Source: Gammaproteobacteria bacterium
Lineage (GTDB): Bacteria > Pseudomonadota > Gammaproteobacteria > Eutrophobiales > Eutrophobiaceae
Assembly: GCA_965243205.1 (NCBI GenBank)
Contig: CBDEUK010000002.1
Location: 2,016,001 to 2,080,000, forward strand
Reading direction: 5' to 3'
DNA: 64,000 nucleotides
The notes beneath the pieces are model-generated. The model saw nothing but the letters and a program-made list of their open reading frames with translations, was not told the origin of the DNA and ran no database searches. The translations under genes and the position numbers were made by a program. Position 1 is the first letter of the stretch. The number at the start of each line of letters is the position of its first letter. Positions 18,815 through 29,974 of this stretch are shown piece by piece.

Positions 18815-20935
18815 TTATTCAAATTGTACTTCACCTTCAGAGATTTGTTGGATACCCTCGATGAGATTATCCCACAATATCGATCGTCCGCTACCCATGA
18901 CATCTACCCAAGGCGGCAATAATCCACCTTGTGTCAAAATATAAAATCCATTTTCAGTATCTTTCACTCCTCCGAGATTACACACTCCTTTTTCCAAGCG
19001 ACAACTGATTCCGAATTGTCCATAGGAATAAGAGGGAACAAATCTTAAAAGGCTACTGGATAAGGAACTGCCGATACCGCCACCAATTTCAGAGATATTT
19101 TCCAAAGCTTTCTGACTTATACGATGAGGTCTCTGATCATCCTTTGGAGTTTCAAATTTGGCATCAAAGTAGACGGGTTGCCAATTTTCCAATGTGAAGT
19201 CATTCATATACCCATTTAAAGTCCCTTCCATTTTCCCGAAGGTAAATGTATCGGTTAAAATCTCGATATCAAGGTTAGTTAATTCAAGGTTGGATGTTAG
19301 TCTAGAGTTTGTACTGAATAAGTTTTCAATTTTAACACCATGCAAATAAATATCACCATCAAAGGCTTTAAAATCGATATCGCCAAGAATTTCTAAATTA
19401 TTATTCGTATATTCTACGCCTTCAATTTTACCTTCTAACGTCCCAGCCATGGTGGGCCAAGACATTGCTTCAGTAAATTGAGTTAAAGAGATAGGTTTTA
19501 ATGCACCGCCTAAAGATAACTTAAAATCAGTAGCGCCAATATTATCCAACTTTAGTGTTTTAATATCTAAACCGCCATCTAATAAAGTAACCGATTGCCA
19601 ATTCGTTAATGTGTAATTATTGGAGATAGATTCAAATGTCATATCAGCAGGGCCAAATGGTAATTTATAAATCGATAAAGCTTGCCATGTAATATTAGAT
19701 ATGTTGGTTGATTTTGAATCCTGCATTTGAATATTACTATTGAGTTTTTCAATACCAAATCGTTTTCGCTCATCAAAAATTGATAAATCATTTAGTAATA
19801 AATTTAAATATTTTAATTCTTCTTTTTCATGCTGAATGTCAATCGACATAGAGCCTTGTGTCATTAGATCTGAATAATTGGTGGGTAATAATATGGGTTC
19901 AATATATACAGGATATACTTTTGCAAGATCATTTGTAGATACTTGAAAGTGCGTCGATTCGGTTAAGTAATCAGTGGATAAATCAAATAGTCCTTTCCCA
20001 GTCGCAGTTATATGATTTTCATGAACAAATGAAAAATGATGCAAATCTATTTGCTTATGATCCAAAGAACTGTTTGCTGAGAAATGAATATTGATAGGTT
20101 CGTTTGTTAGATCGAAAAAAAAACCAGGTTGATTCTCGAATACCGTAAACCCTGGCGTTAAATACATCGCACCTTGAGTAAAGTTTGTTTGGTTTTCGAC
20201 AAGCCAATAATTTTTCTTCTTTTTTAAAGAAAAATTCGTTTCCAAACTTACATCTTCTAAAACTTGAGCAGCATCGAGAAATAAATTGTCAATTGAGCCA
20301 TTGATTTTTAGAGATATAATTTCTTCATGCATTAAAGTTATATTTGTTGAGAGATTTAACAACCCTTGTTGAATGGGGAATTCATCTTTGTAATCTTGAT
20401 AATGATTTAATGAGGCTAAGATATTTTCAATGCTGGTATCTTTAATGGATAAAGAAGCATTCCATAGCTGTTTGTTTTTCTTGGCTGTTATGGATTGAGA
20501 ACCTGAAAATAAGTGTAAGTTGTTAACCGAAAACTTTTTCAGCCCTTTATTTAAATCATAGATGAAAGAAATATTTGATTTTTGTTTTGATTTGCCTTGA
20601 AAAAGGGTTAATGATCCTTTTTTACATTCTAATTGTGAGTTTTCAAAAACATCAATCAAACAATCAACGGATATTGAATGGATATCTTCAATAAAATCCG
20701 TTTTTATATTTTTTGAACTTAGGTGTATTTGAATTTGTTGTAGTGTTTCAAATGATAATGACAATTCAATGTCTTTAATTTTAAGAAAAGGGGTTTCTAT
20801 TGAATCAAGTTCGGTAATTGATAAATTAATATCATTGATAGTAATTGCTTTGAATGAAAATAAGCAAAGACTTATAAGTAAAATACAATGTAAGCAAATT
20901 GATTTAGACAAATATAATCGCTTAATGAAAGACAT
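18815..20935 (-). CDS. YdbH/AsmA-like beta-rich envelope protein
   Basis: N-terminal hydrophobic anchor, beta-rich body, HRISQKALENI, FGISCRLEKGVC; upstream of ydbL-like gene; start uncertain (20935 or 20980). Confidence 0.55.
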   Translation of the reverse strand: MSFIKRLYLSKSICLHCILLISLCLFSFKAITINDINLSITELDSIETPFLKIKDIELSLSFETLQQIQIHLSSKNIKTDFIEDIHSISVDCLIDVFENSQLECKKGSLTLFQGKSKQKSNISFIYDLNKGLKKFSVNNLHLFSGSQSITAKKNKQLWNASLSIKDTSIENILASLNHYQDYKDEFPIQQGLLNLSTNITLMHEEIISLKINGSIDNLFLDAAQVLEDVSLETNFSLKKKKNYWLVENQTNFTQGAMYLTPGFTVFENQPGFFFDLTNEPINIHFSANSSLDHKQIDLHHFSFVHENHITATGKGLFDLSTDYLTESTHFQVSTNDLAKVYPVYIEPILLPTNYSDLMTQGSMSIDIQHEKEELKYLNLLLNDLSIFDERKRFGIEKLNSNIQMQDSKSTNISNITWQALSIYKLPFGPADMTFESISNNYTLTNWQSVTLLDGGLDIKTLKLDNIGATDFKLSLGGALKPISLTQFTEAMSWPTMAGTLEGKIEGVEYTNNNLEILGDIDFKAFDGDIYLHGVKIENLFSTNSRLTSNLELTNLDIEILTDTFTFGKMEGTLNGYMNDFTLENWQPVYFDAKFETPKDDQRPHRISQKALENISEIGGGIGSSLSSSLLRFVPSYSYGQFGISCRLEKGVCNLGGVKDTENGFYILTQGGLLPPWVDVMGSGRSILWDNLIEGIQQISEGEVQFE

Positions 20936-21815
20936 CCGATGATAAATAACGATCGCCACGGTCACATATAATAGTGACAATCACTGCATCTTCAAGTTCA
21001 TCAGCGAGTTTTAATGTACTGGCCATTGCACCGCCCGAAGAAACACCAGCAAAAATGCCTTCTTCTTTGGCTAAACGACGAGTCATTGCTTCGGCTTCTG
21101 CTTGAGTGACATCAATAATGCGATCAACGCGTTCACGTTCAAATATCTTTGGGAGATATTCTTTTGGCCAGCGACGGATGCCTGGAATACTGTCATCCCC
21201 CGCTGGTTGAATACCGATAATTTCTATATCAGGGTTTTGTTGTTTTAAATAAGTAGAAACTCCCATGATGGTGCCAGTGGTTCCCATCGAACTGACAAAA
21301 TGTGTGATCTTGCCTTGTGTATCACGCCAAATTTCTGGACCAGTACCATTGATATGCGCTAATGGGTTATCGGTATTGGCAAATTGATTTAAAACTATGC
21401 CTTTGCCTTCAGCTTCCATTTTATCTGCCAAATCACGCGCACCTTCCATACCTTCTTCTTTCGTAACAGGCACTAACTCAGCTCCGTAAGCACTCATAGC
21501 GCGTTTTCGTTCAACTGTTGCGTTATCAGGCATGATTAAAATCATTTTGTATCCTTTAATCGCTGCTGCCATCGCTAGTGCTATTCCCGTGTTACCACTA
21601 GTGGCTTCTATTAAAGTATCACCTGGCTTAATTACGCCACGTTGTTCTGCTTGTTGGATCATGCTAACCGCTGGCCTATCTTTTACTGACCCCGCAGGGT
21701 TATTACCTTCAAGTTTGGCTAAAATAGTATTGCTGGTATTTCCAGGAATGCGCTGTAAGCGAACTAAAGGCGTATTGCCGATAAACGATTCAATCGTAGG
21801 GAAATCTGTATTCAT
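20922..21815 (-). CDS. cysM: Cysteine synthase B
   Basis: KLEGNNPAGSVKDR, ATSGNTG, MGTTGT, IPGIRRWP, CDRGDRYLS. Confidence 0.96.
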   Translation of the reverse strand: MNTDFPTIESFIGNTPLVRLQRIPGNTSNTILAKLEGNNPAGSVKDRPAVSMIQQAEQRGVIKPGDTLIEATSGNTGIALAMAAAIKGYKMILIMPDNATVERKRAMSAYGAELVPVTKEEGMEGARDLADKMEAEGKGIVLNQFANTDNPLAHINGTGPEIWRDTQGKITHFVSSMGTTGTIMGVSTYLKQQNPDIEIIGIQPAGDDSIPGIRRWPKEYLPKIFERERVDRIIDVTQAEAEAMTRRLAKEEGIFAGVSSGGAMASTLKLADELEDAVIVTIICDRGDRYLSSDVFH

Positions 21816-21821
21816 ATAAGA

Positions 21822-22286
21822 TTAAATTAAGGTTTTGGCAAAGATTAAGGCATCTTCACGATCATTAATAGCGGGATAATAATTTTTACGCACGCCAACT
21901 TCATCAAAGCCAATATTTTGATAAAGTTGAATCGCATATTTATTCGAAGGTCTGACTTCTAAAAAGGCCGTATCGGTATTTTTTTGTTTTGCAATATCGA
22001 GTAAGAAATCCAATATCATATTGCCAAAGCCTTGGTTTTGACGATTAGGATCGACACAAAGATTTAAGATATGACATTCTCCAGCAGCCAAGATCATAAT
22101 CCCATAGCCAATCATTTCATGATTTTCTTCAAGTAACCAACATTGATAACCAACGTTGACACAATCACGAAAGATATTTGTCTTCCAAGGAAATTGATAG
22201 GCACGACTTTCTATTTCCATGACCGCAGCAAAGTCTTGTTCGGTCATAGGCCTGAAATTTAATGATGTTTCAAATACAGCACTCAT
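21822..22286 (-). CDS. rimI: Ribosomal protein S18 alanine N-acetyltransferase RimI
   Basis: ECHILNLCV, QNQGFG, FLEVRPSN, RKNYY...EDA. Confidence 0.92.
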   Translation of the reverse strand: MSAVFETSLNFRPMTEQDFAAVMEIESRAYQFPWKTNIFRDCVNVGYQCWLLEENHEMIGYGIMILAAGECHILNLCVDPNRQNQGFGNMILDFLLDIAKQKNTDTAFLEVRPSNKYAIQLYQNIGFDEVGVRKNYYPAINDREDALIFAKTLI

Positions 22287-22972
22287 GATATTTGCTCGTA
22301 CAACTCTTTAGCTTTAAGTAAATCTTGCCAAGATTTTTGTTTCTCTTTAGGCGAACGCAATAAATAAGCTGGATGATAAGTTACGATCACTGGAATCTTC
22401 TTATCAGAGTATTCATATTGCTTGCCGCGCATTTTACCAATCGGCGTATCAACCTTTAATAAATTTTGTGCAGCAATGCGACCCACTGCAACAATAAGCT
22501 TAGGTTTGATTAATGCAATTTGTTGTTTTAAATATGATTCACATTGAATAACTTCTTCAGGTTTAGGATCACGATTATTTGGTGGACGACATTTTAGAAT
22601 ATTAGCGATAAACACTTGTTCGCGTTTTAAACCAATCGCAATTAACATATTGGTTAATAGTTTTCCTGCTCTGCCAACAAATGGTTCGCCTTGTCTATCC
22701 TCTTCTGCACCGGGTGCTTCGCCGATGACTAATAAGTCAGCTTGTTTATCACCCACGCCAAACACGGTTTGGGTACGGGTTTTATGTAATTCACAATTCG
22801 TACAGTGGGTGACTGCATTACGTAGCTGTACCCAATCAAAGCTTTCGGTTTGGTTATTATCAGCGTCATTAATAAGTTCTGCTTCATTAAGAGCTTTTTC
22901 TTTTTTACGATCACGCCAGACATCAATGCCCATAGTTTGTAAAAACACTGTCTGGCGGTTTGATAAATCCAT
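22283..22972 (-). CDS. Family 4 uracil-DNA glycosylase with HolD-like N-terminal peptide
   Basis: CxxCx[34 protein letters not shown]. Confidence 0.9.
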   Translation of the reverse strand: MDLSNRQTVFLQTMGIDVWRDRKKEKALNEAELINDADNNQTESFDWVQLRNAVTHCTNCELHKTRTQTVFGVGDKQADLLVIGEAPGAEEDRQGEPFVGRAGKLLTNMLIAIGLKREQVFIANILKCRPPNNRDPKPEEVIQCESYLKQQIALIKPKLIVAVGRIAAQNLLKVDTPIGKMRGKQYEYSDKKIPVIVTYHPAYLLRSPKEKQKSWQDLLKAKELYEQIS

Positions 22973-22973
22973 G

Positions 22974-24518
22974 TTAGATTTGATTCATCTGTGGATGTTG
23001 GCGTTCGATCGGATCTAAAGCTTTATTAATGGCATTGATGTAAGCTTTCGCAGAAGCAACGACAATATCGGTATCCGCACCTTGGCCATTGATGATGCGT
23101 CCAGCCTTGTCAATTCGCACTGTGACTTCACCTTGCGAATCGATACCCTTGGTGATGTTATTTACTGAATAAAGCTGTAAGTCGTAATCACTATTGATGA
23201 TCGATTCAATAGCCTTAAACGTTGCATCAACTTGACCACCACCTTCCGCAGTCGCATGTTTTTCTTCGCCATCTACTAAAAGCGTGATGGAAGAACTTGG
23301 TATTTCACCTGTCTCACTAAATGCCTTCATCGAAACTAATTTGATGCGTTCTTGTTCTGTCTCATGTTGGCTTTCAGTCACTAAAGCAACTAAGTCATCG
23401 TCATAGATTTCGTGTTTTTTATCGGCTAAATCTTTGAAGCGCGAAAAAGCCGCATTCAAGTCTTCTTCTTTTTCAAACTCGATATCCAATTCTTTCATAC
23501 GAGTTTTAAAGGCATTACGACCAGAATGTTTACCCAAGACCATTTTATTCGCATGCCAACCCACATCTTGTGCTGACATGATTTCATAAGTTTCACGGCT
23601 TTTAAGCACACCATCTTGATGAATGCCGGATTCATGTGCAAAGGCATTGGCGCCAACAATAGCTTTGTTTGGCTGTACAGCAAAACCTGTGATATTCGAA
23701 ACCAAACGAGAGCAGGTCATGATTTGGGTGGTATCAAGGCCTGTATTGCAGTTAAAAATATCCTGGCGAGTTCGAACGGCCATCACGACCTCTTCTAAAG
23801 ACGCATTACCTGCACGTTCGCCCAAACCATTAATAGTACATTCGACCTGACGTGCACCATTGATTACAGCGGATAACGAATTCGCAACCGCCAAACCCAA
23901 ATCGTTATGGCAATGCACTGAAAAAATGGCTTTATCTGAATTTGGAATCTTTTCGATCAACTGGCCAATCAAATCACCAAAGCGATGAGGCAAGTTGTAA
24001 CCAACAGTGTCAGGAATATTAATGGTGGTTGCTCCTGCATCGATTACGGCTTCGATGACTCGACACAAGAAATCCAATTCAGAGCGCCCAGCATCTTCAG
24101 GCGAGAACTCGACATTATCTGTATGGTTCCGTGCACGTTTCACAGCATGAATTGCCTGTTCTACTACTTGATCAGGTTCCATACGTAGTTTTTCACGCAT
24201 ATGAATCGGCGAGGTCGCGATAAAGGTATGAATACGGCCAGACTCAGCAGGCTTAATGGCTTCAGCAGCGGTATCAATGTCATTATCCAAGGCACGTGCA
24301 AGACCGCAGACGGTGCTGTCTTTAATTACTTCAGCTACTGCTTTAACGGATTCAAAGTCACCCGGGCTAGCAATTGGAAACCCCGCCTCTATCACATCCA
24401 CCTTCATCTTTTCCAAAGCCTTGGCGATGCGTAATTTCTCGTCTTTGGTCATCGAAGCGCCAGGGCTTTGCTCACCATCACGCAAGGTGGTATCGAAAAT
24501 TATTAATTTGTCACTCAT
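22974..24518 (-). CDS. leuA: 2-isopropylmalate synthase
   Basis: [32 protein letters not shown]-terminal regulatory domain. Confidence 0.97.
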   Translation of the reverse strand: MSDKLIIFDTTLRDGEQSPGASMTKDEKLRIAKALEKMKVDVIEAGFPIASPGDFESVKAVAEVIKDSTVCGLARALDNDIDTAAEAIKPAESGRIHTFIATSPIHMREKLRMEPDQVVEQAIHAVKRARNHTDNVEFSPEDAGRSELDFLCRVIEAVIDAGATTINIPDTVGYNLPHRFGDLIGQLIEKIPNSDKAIFSVHCHNDLGLAVANSLSAVINGARQVECTINGLGERAGNASLEEVVMAVRTRQDIFNCNTGLDTTQIMTCSRLVSNITGFAVQPNKAIVGANAFAHESGIHQDGVLKSRETYEIMSAQDVGWHANKMVLGKHSGRNAFKTRMKELDIEFEKEEDLNAAFSRFKDLADKKHEIYDDDLVALVTESQHETEQERIKLVSMKAFSETGEIPSSSITLLVDGEEKHATAEGGGQVDATFKAIESIINSDYDLQLYSVNNITKGIDSQGEVTVRIDKAGRIINGQGADTDIVVASAKAYINAINKALDPIERQHPQMNQI

Positions 24519-24636
24519 TTTTAAACTCCAAACAGAGCACGAATAGTAACTGGCTATTCATGCAACAACAACTTATGGCTAGCGTTTAAGCCAATGAAAA
24601 AATAGAAATATTTTGTGAGAAAAGAAAATGTGCCCG

Positions 24637-24711
24637 CTAGGGCAGTAGACGTAGAGAAGCCAGCGATAAATCGCTAGAGATGATTAAAAGATTGATTGAA
24701 AAAGAATTCAT
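24637..24711 (-). CDS. Putative leucine attenuation leader peptide MNSFSINLLIISSDLSLASLRLLP
   Basis: Hand-translated 24-aa ORF with 7 Leu including two CTA codons, upstream of leuA; stop lies in hairpin TGCCC-TAGC-GGGCA followed by a T-rich tract. Confidence 0.65.
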   Translation of the reverse strand: MNSFSINLLIISSDLSLASLRLLP

Positions 24712-24791
24712 GAAGTTAAATATAAGCGCAAAATCAATTTTTGCAAGTATTCTAAAATTACGAGCCTGGTAAATGAGCCTATATAGACAAA

Positions 24792-25532
24792 CTAAGAATG
24801 AGCATCTCTTTTCTGGCGATGTTTACGAATTGTTACTAAGGTTAATACAGGCCCTGAAATTGCAAATACCAATGCAATTAAAAATAAGACCAGTGGTGGC
24901 GAGCTGGCGATAAGGATAAAGATCAACAGCAGAATAAACATAGCAATAAAAGGTACTTTGCCTTTGAGGTCAAATTCTTTGAAGCTATGAAAACGAAAAT
25001 TACTTACCATGAGCAATCCAGCGAAGATGGTGATCGGTAAGGCAAAGTATTCTAAATCCACGTATTCAATAATGGTGTAATCTTCTGCAAGCCAAATCAT
25101 TCCTGCCACCAAAGCAGCAGCAGCAGGGCTTGGTAAGCCTTGGAAATAACGTCTGTCATCGTTTTTTGCTTGGGTATTGAATCTGGCGAGTCTTAATGCG
25201 GCAGCAGCGGCATAGAGGAAAGCACCGAGCCAACCAAGTTTACCTAAATTATTTAAATTCCATGCGTATACAATTAAGGCAGGAGCCAGCCCAAAACACA
25301 CCATATCGGATAAGGAATCATATTGAACACCGAAATCACTCTGCGTGTTGGTCAATCTGGCAATCCTTCCGTCTAGGCCATCCATGATCATGGCAACAAA
25401 AATTGCTATCGCGGCTATTTCGAATTTGCCATTCATCGCGGAGATGATCGAATAGAAACCGGCAAACAAACCACTTGTCGTGAACAAGTTCGGTAGTAAG
25501 TAGATTCCTCTAGTACGTTTTCGAGTAGCCAT
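24792..25532 (-). CDS. pssA: CDP-diacylglycerol--serine O-phosphatidyltransferase
   Basis: LPNLFT, DGLDGRIAR...FGVQYDSLSD CDP-alcohol motif, RLARFN, FQGLPSP. Confidence 0.93.
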   Translation of the reverse strand: MATRKRTRGIYLLPNLFTTSGLFAGFYSIISAMNGKFEIAAIAIFVAMIMDGLDGRIARLTNTQSDFGVQYDSLSDMVCFGLAPALIVYAWNLNNLGKLGWLGAFLYAAAAALRLARFNTQAKNDDRRYFQGLPSPAAAALVAGMIWLAEDYTIIEYVDLEYFALPITIFAGLLMVSNFRFHSFKEFDLKGKVPFIAMFILLLIFILIASSPPLVLFLIALVFAISGPVLTLVTIRKHRQKRDAHS

Positions 25533-25588
25533 TCAGTTTCCAGATGTTAGTCCATGTTTAAAAGTCGTCTAGTAATAATAGACGTTGT

Positions 25589-26260
25589 TTATTTAGAATG
25601 ATTGTTTGAATTATCTTCAACGGCACTGACAGGTTCTTCATGCACGATATGACATAAAATACTGGAGCCAGATTCGACGATATCGCCGGGCTTAACATCA
25701 AGTCGAGAGTTTTCTTTTACGAAGACATCAACTCGGCTACCGAAAAATAAATAGCCACATCGTTGGCCATGACCAATGCGATGACCAGATTGTAAATAAA
25801 TTCGATAAAACCAACTGGCTTTTGAAAAGTGTAATGCAGTTACTACATCATCTTTTTCATCGGTTTGAATCCAATAAGCATACTCGCGAGAGCTAGTCGT
25901 TTCATGTAATTTCTTGCTCCATTGATTCATGATTTTGCCTTCAATGGGGCTGCGTAATGAAAAAATATCCCAGAATGACATTTTGATGCGAATGCGTTTG
26001 GCTTTGCGTTCTAGCCAAGTATTTTCAACCATTTCTATCGATTCAATTTTGCCATGAACCGGGCTGACAATACCGAGTGGTAATGATGGAATGAGTTTAG
26101 GTGGATCGCGGAATAAAAATATGAAAAGTAAGAACAGAGCTAAAAGCAGACAACCTAAAAGAGGGCTTATATATGCATAAGCTAGAAAAAATAAGCTGGC
26201 TAATATAAATAGTATTAACCAGCCTTCTCTTGCGATATATGGATAACTATTACTAGGCAT
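25589..26260 (-). CDS. psd: Phosphatidylserine decarboxylase-like protein (divergent)
   Basis: FLFRDPP, SPVHG, RSPIEG, FGSRVDV cleavage motif; adjacent to pssA. Confidence 0.7.
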   Translation of the reverse strand: MPSNSYPYIAREGWLILFILASLFFLAYAYISPLLGCLLLALFLLFIFLFRDPPKLIPSLPLGIVSPVHGKIESIEMVENTWLERKAKRIRIKMSFWDIFSLRSPIEGKIMNQWSKKLHETTSSREYAYWIQTDEKDDVVTALHFSKASWFYRIYLQSGHRIGHGQRCGYLFFGSRVDVFVKENSRLDVKPGDIVESGSSILCHIVHEEPVSAVEDNSNNHSK

Positions 26261-26324
26261 ATAAGAGCTGAAAACTTTCTACAATGTTTTCAGAGGTATT
26301 TTGTCTGTACTAAAAAAAGATAGT

Positions 26325-27877
<1,553 letters not shown>

Positions 27878-27879
27878 AA

Positions 27880-29616
27880 TTAAGCGAGTTCCCGTTCAGA
27901 GGTATTAGGTGCTAGTTCCATTTCGTGGTGACCTTTACCATTCGCAATCATTGGATAGACATTTTCCGTATGATCGGTAATAAAATCGATAAAGGTTAAG
28001 CGGTTTTTGTTTTTCAAGGCTTCTTTTATAGCGCCTTCTACGCCTTTGGCATCTTCCACTCGAACTCCAATATGGCCATAAGCTTCGGCTAATTGTACGA
28101 AGTCTGGAATGGTTTCCATATACGAATGAGAGTAACGTTTATCATAGAAGAATTCTTGCCATTGACGAACCATGCCCATGTAACGGTTATTCAAATTGAT
28201 AACAATGACTGGTAGGTTGTATTGCAAGCATGTTGAGAGTTCTTGAATACACATCACGATACTGGCATCACCTGTGATACACACAACAACGTCTTTCGGG
28301 AAGGCTAGTTTTACACCCATAGCTGCAGGCAAACCAAAGCCCATAGTGCCTAGGCCACCTGAATTGATCCAACGGCGAGGTTTATCGAATGGATAATATT
28401 GAGCTGCCCACATTTGGTGTTGGCCTACATCCGAACAAACATAAGCATTGCCTTTAGTCAGTTCATAGACTTTTTCAATCACATATTGAGGTTTAATGAC
28501 TTTATTGGTTTTGTCGTATTTCAGGCAATCCATACTTTGCCATTGTTTGATTTGATCCCACCATGGTTTGATTGCAGATTTAGATGGTTTTGCATCAATG
28601 GCTTGAATGGCTTTAGTCAATTCGATCAATACGTGTTTCGTATCGCCAACGATTGGAATATCAACGGCAACGTTTTTTGAAATCGATGATGGATCAACAT
28701 CAATGTGAATGATCTTGGCGGTAGGACAGAATTTTTCTAAATCACCCGTTACTCGATCATCAAAACGCGCACCGATAGCAATTAATACATCGCAATGATG
28801 CATGCCCATATTGGCTTCATAGGTTCCATGCATACCGAGCATGCCGATAAACTGTTTATCAGTTGCAGGATAAGCGCCTAAACCCATTAAGGTATTGGTG
28901 ATTGGGTAGCCTAAGAACTTAGTGAATTTGGTAAGCTCTTTACTGGCTTCACCTAAGATTACTCCACCACCCGTATAAACCATCGGTTTTTTAGCGCTTA
29001 GAATTAACTTAGCGGCTTTTTTGATTTGCCCAGGATGCCCTTTTAAAACAGGTTTGTAAGAACGCATATCCACATCTTTTGGATATTCGTATACGCAGCT
29101 ATCGGCGGTGATATCTTTCGGAATATCTACGACGACAGGTCCAGGACGACCACTGGTCGCCACATAAAAAGCTTGTTTAATCGTTTTGGCTAAATCTTTA
29201 ACATCTTTAACTAAGAAATTGTGTTTTACACACGGTCGAGTAATACCAATGGCATCGGCTTCTTGGAAAGCATCGTTACCAATCAAATGGGATGGTACTT
29301 GCCCTGAGAAAACCACCATTGGGATTGAATCCATATAGGCAGTTGCAATGCCAGTAATGCAGTTGGTGATACCTGGACCAGAGGTGACTAGGACGACACC
29401 CGGTTTACCCGTTGCGCGTGCGTAACCGTCAGCAGCATGGCATGCGCCTTGTTCATGACGGACGAGAATGTGATCGACGGCTGTTTGTTTATACAGCTCA
29501 TCATAAATATGTAGTACAGCACCACCTGGGTAGCCGAATAAATGTTTGATACCTTCGTCGGCTAATGCCTTACAGAAGATTTCTGCACCTCTAAATGTTT
29601 GTTTTGATTTAGCCAC
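27880..29616 (-). CDS. ilvI: Acetolactate synthase large subunit
   Basis: GYPGGAVL, RHEQGA, TSGPG, DVGQHQMW, GDAS TPP motif; GTG start. Confidence 0.95.
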   Translation of the reverse strand: MAKSKQTFRGAEIFCKALADEGIKHLFGYPGGAVLHIYDELYKQTAVDHILVRHEQGACHAADGYARATGKPGVVLVTSGPGITNCITGIATAYMDSIPMVVFSGQVPSHLIGNDAFQEADAIGITRPCVKHNFLVKDVKDLAKTIKQAFYVATSGRPGPVVVDIPKDITADSCVYEYPKDVDMRSYKPVLKGHPGQIKKAAKLILSAKKPMVYTGGGVILGEASKELTKFTKFLGYPITNTLMGLGAYPATDKQFIGMLGMHGTYEANMGMHHCDVLIAIGARFDDRVTGDLEKFCPTAKIIHIDVDPSSISKNVAVDIPIVGDTKHVLIELTKAIQAIDAKPSKSAIKPWWDQIKQWQSMDCLKYDKTNKVIKPQYVIEKVYELTKGNAYVCSDVGQHQMWAAQYYPFDKPRRWINSGGLGTMGFGLPAAMGVKLAFPKDVVVCITGDASIVMCIQELSTCLQYNLPVIVINLNNRYMGMVRQWQEFFYDKRYSHSYMETIPDFVQLAEAYGHIGVRVEDAKGVEGAIKEALKNKNRLTFIDFITDHTENVYPMIANGKGHHEMELAPNTSERELA

Positions 29617-29974
29617 AACTTAAACTCAGTCAGTAATAGTAATTACGGGCCTTAATAGATATTCTATTAAGAATAATATCTTGTTTATTATAGTATCTGA
29701 TGAAGGACAAAGATGACGTTCAAATCCGTTTTATTATTATTTAGTAGTCATCGAAATTCGAACTAAGGATAGCAATATAGCCTAGCTCGATAGTCAGCCT
29801 TCACGATAAAACTAGCCCTGTAACGCATCAGACACCGAGCCGATGAAAGGTACTTATTATCGAGCCTGAGGTCAAGTCTACAGCGCATATACAGGCTTTT
29901 TAAACTTCAACTTACCAAGTTTTTCGCCATGCGCTAAGATACGCCACCAATTTGAATTTTAAGAAGCTCCAGAA

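Noticed and set aside
29760-29830. 21-aa upstream ORF (MRYRASFIVKADYRARLYCYP) as an ilv attenuator peptide
   Set aside because: Not enriched in Ile/Leu/Val and no clear RBS
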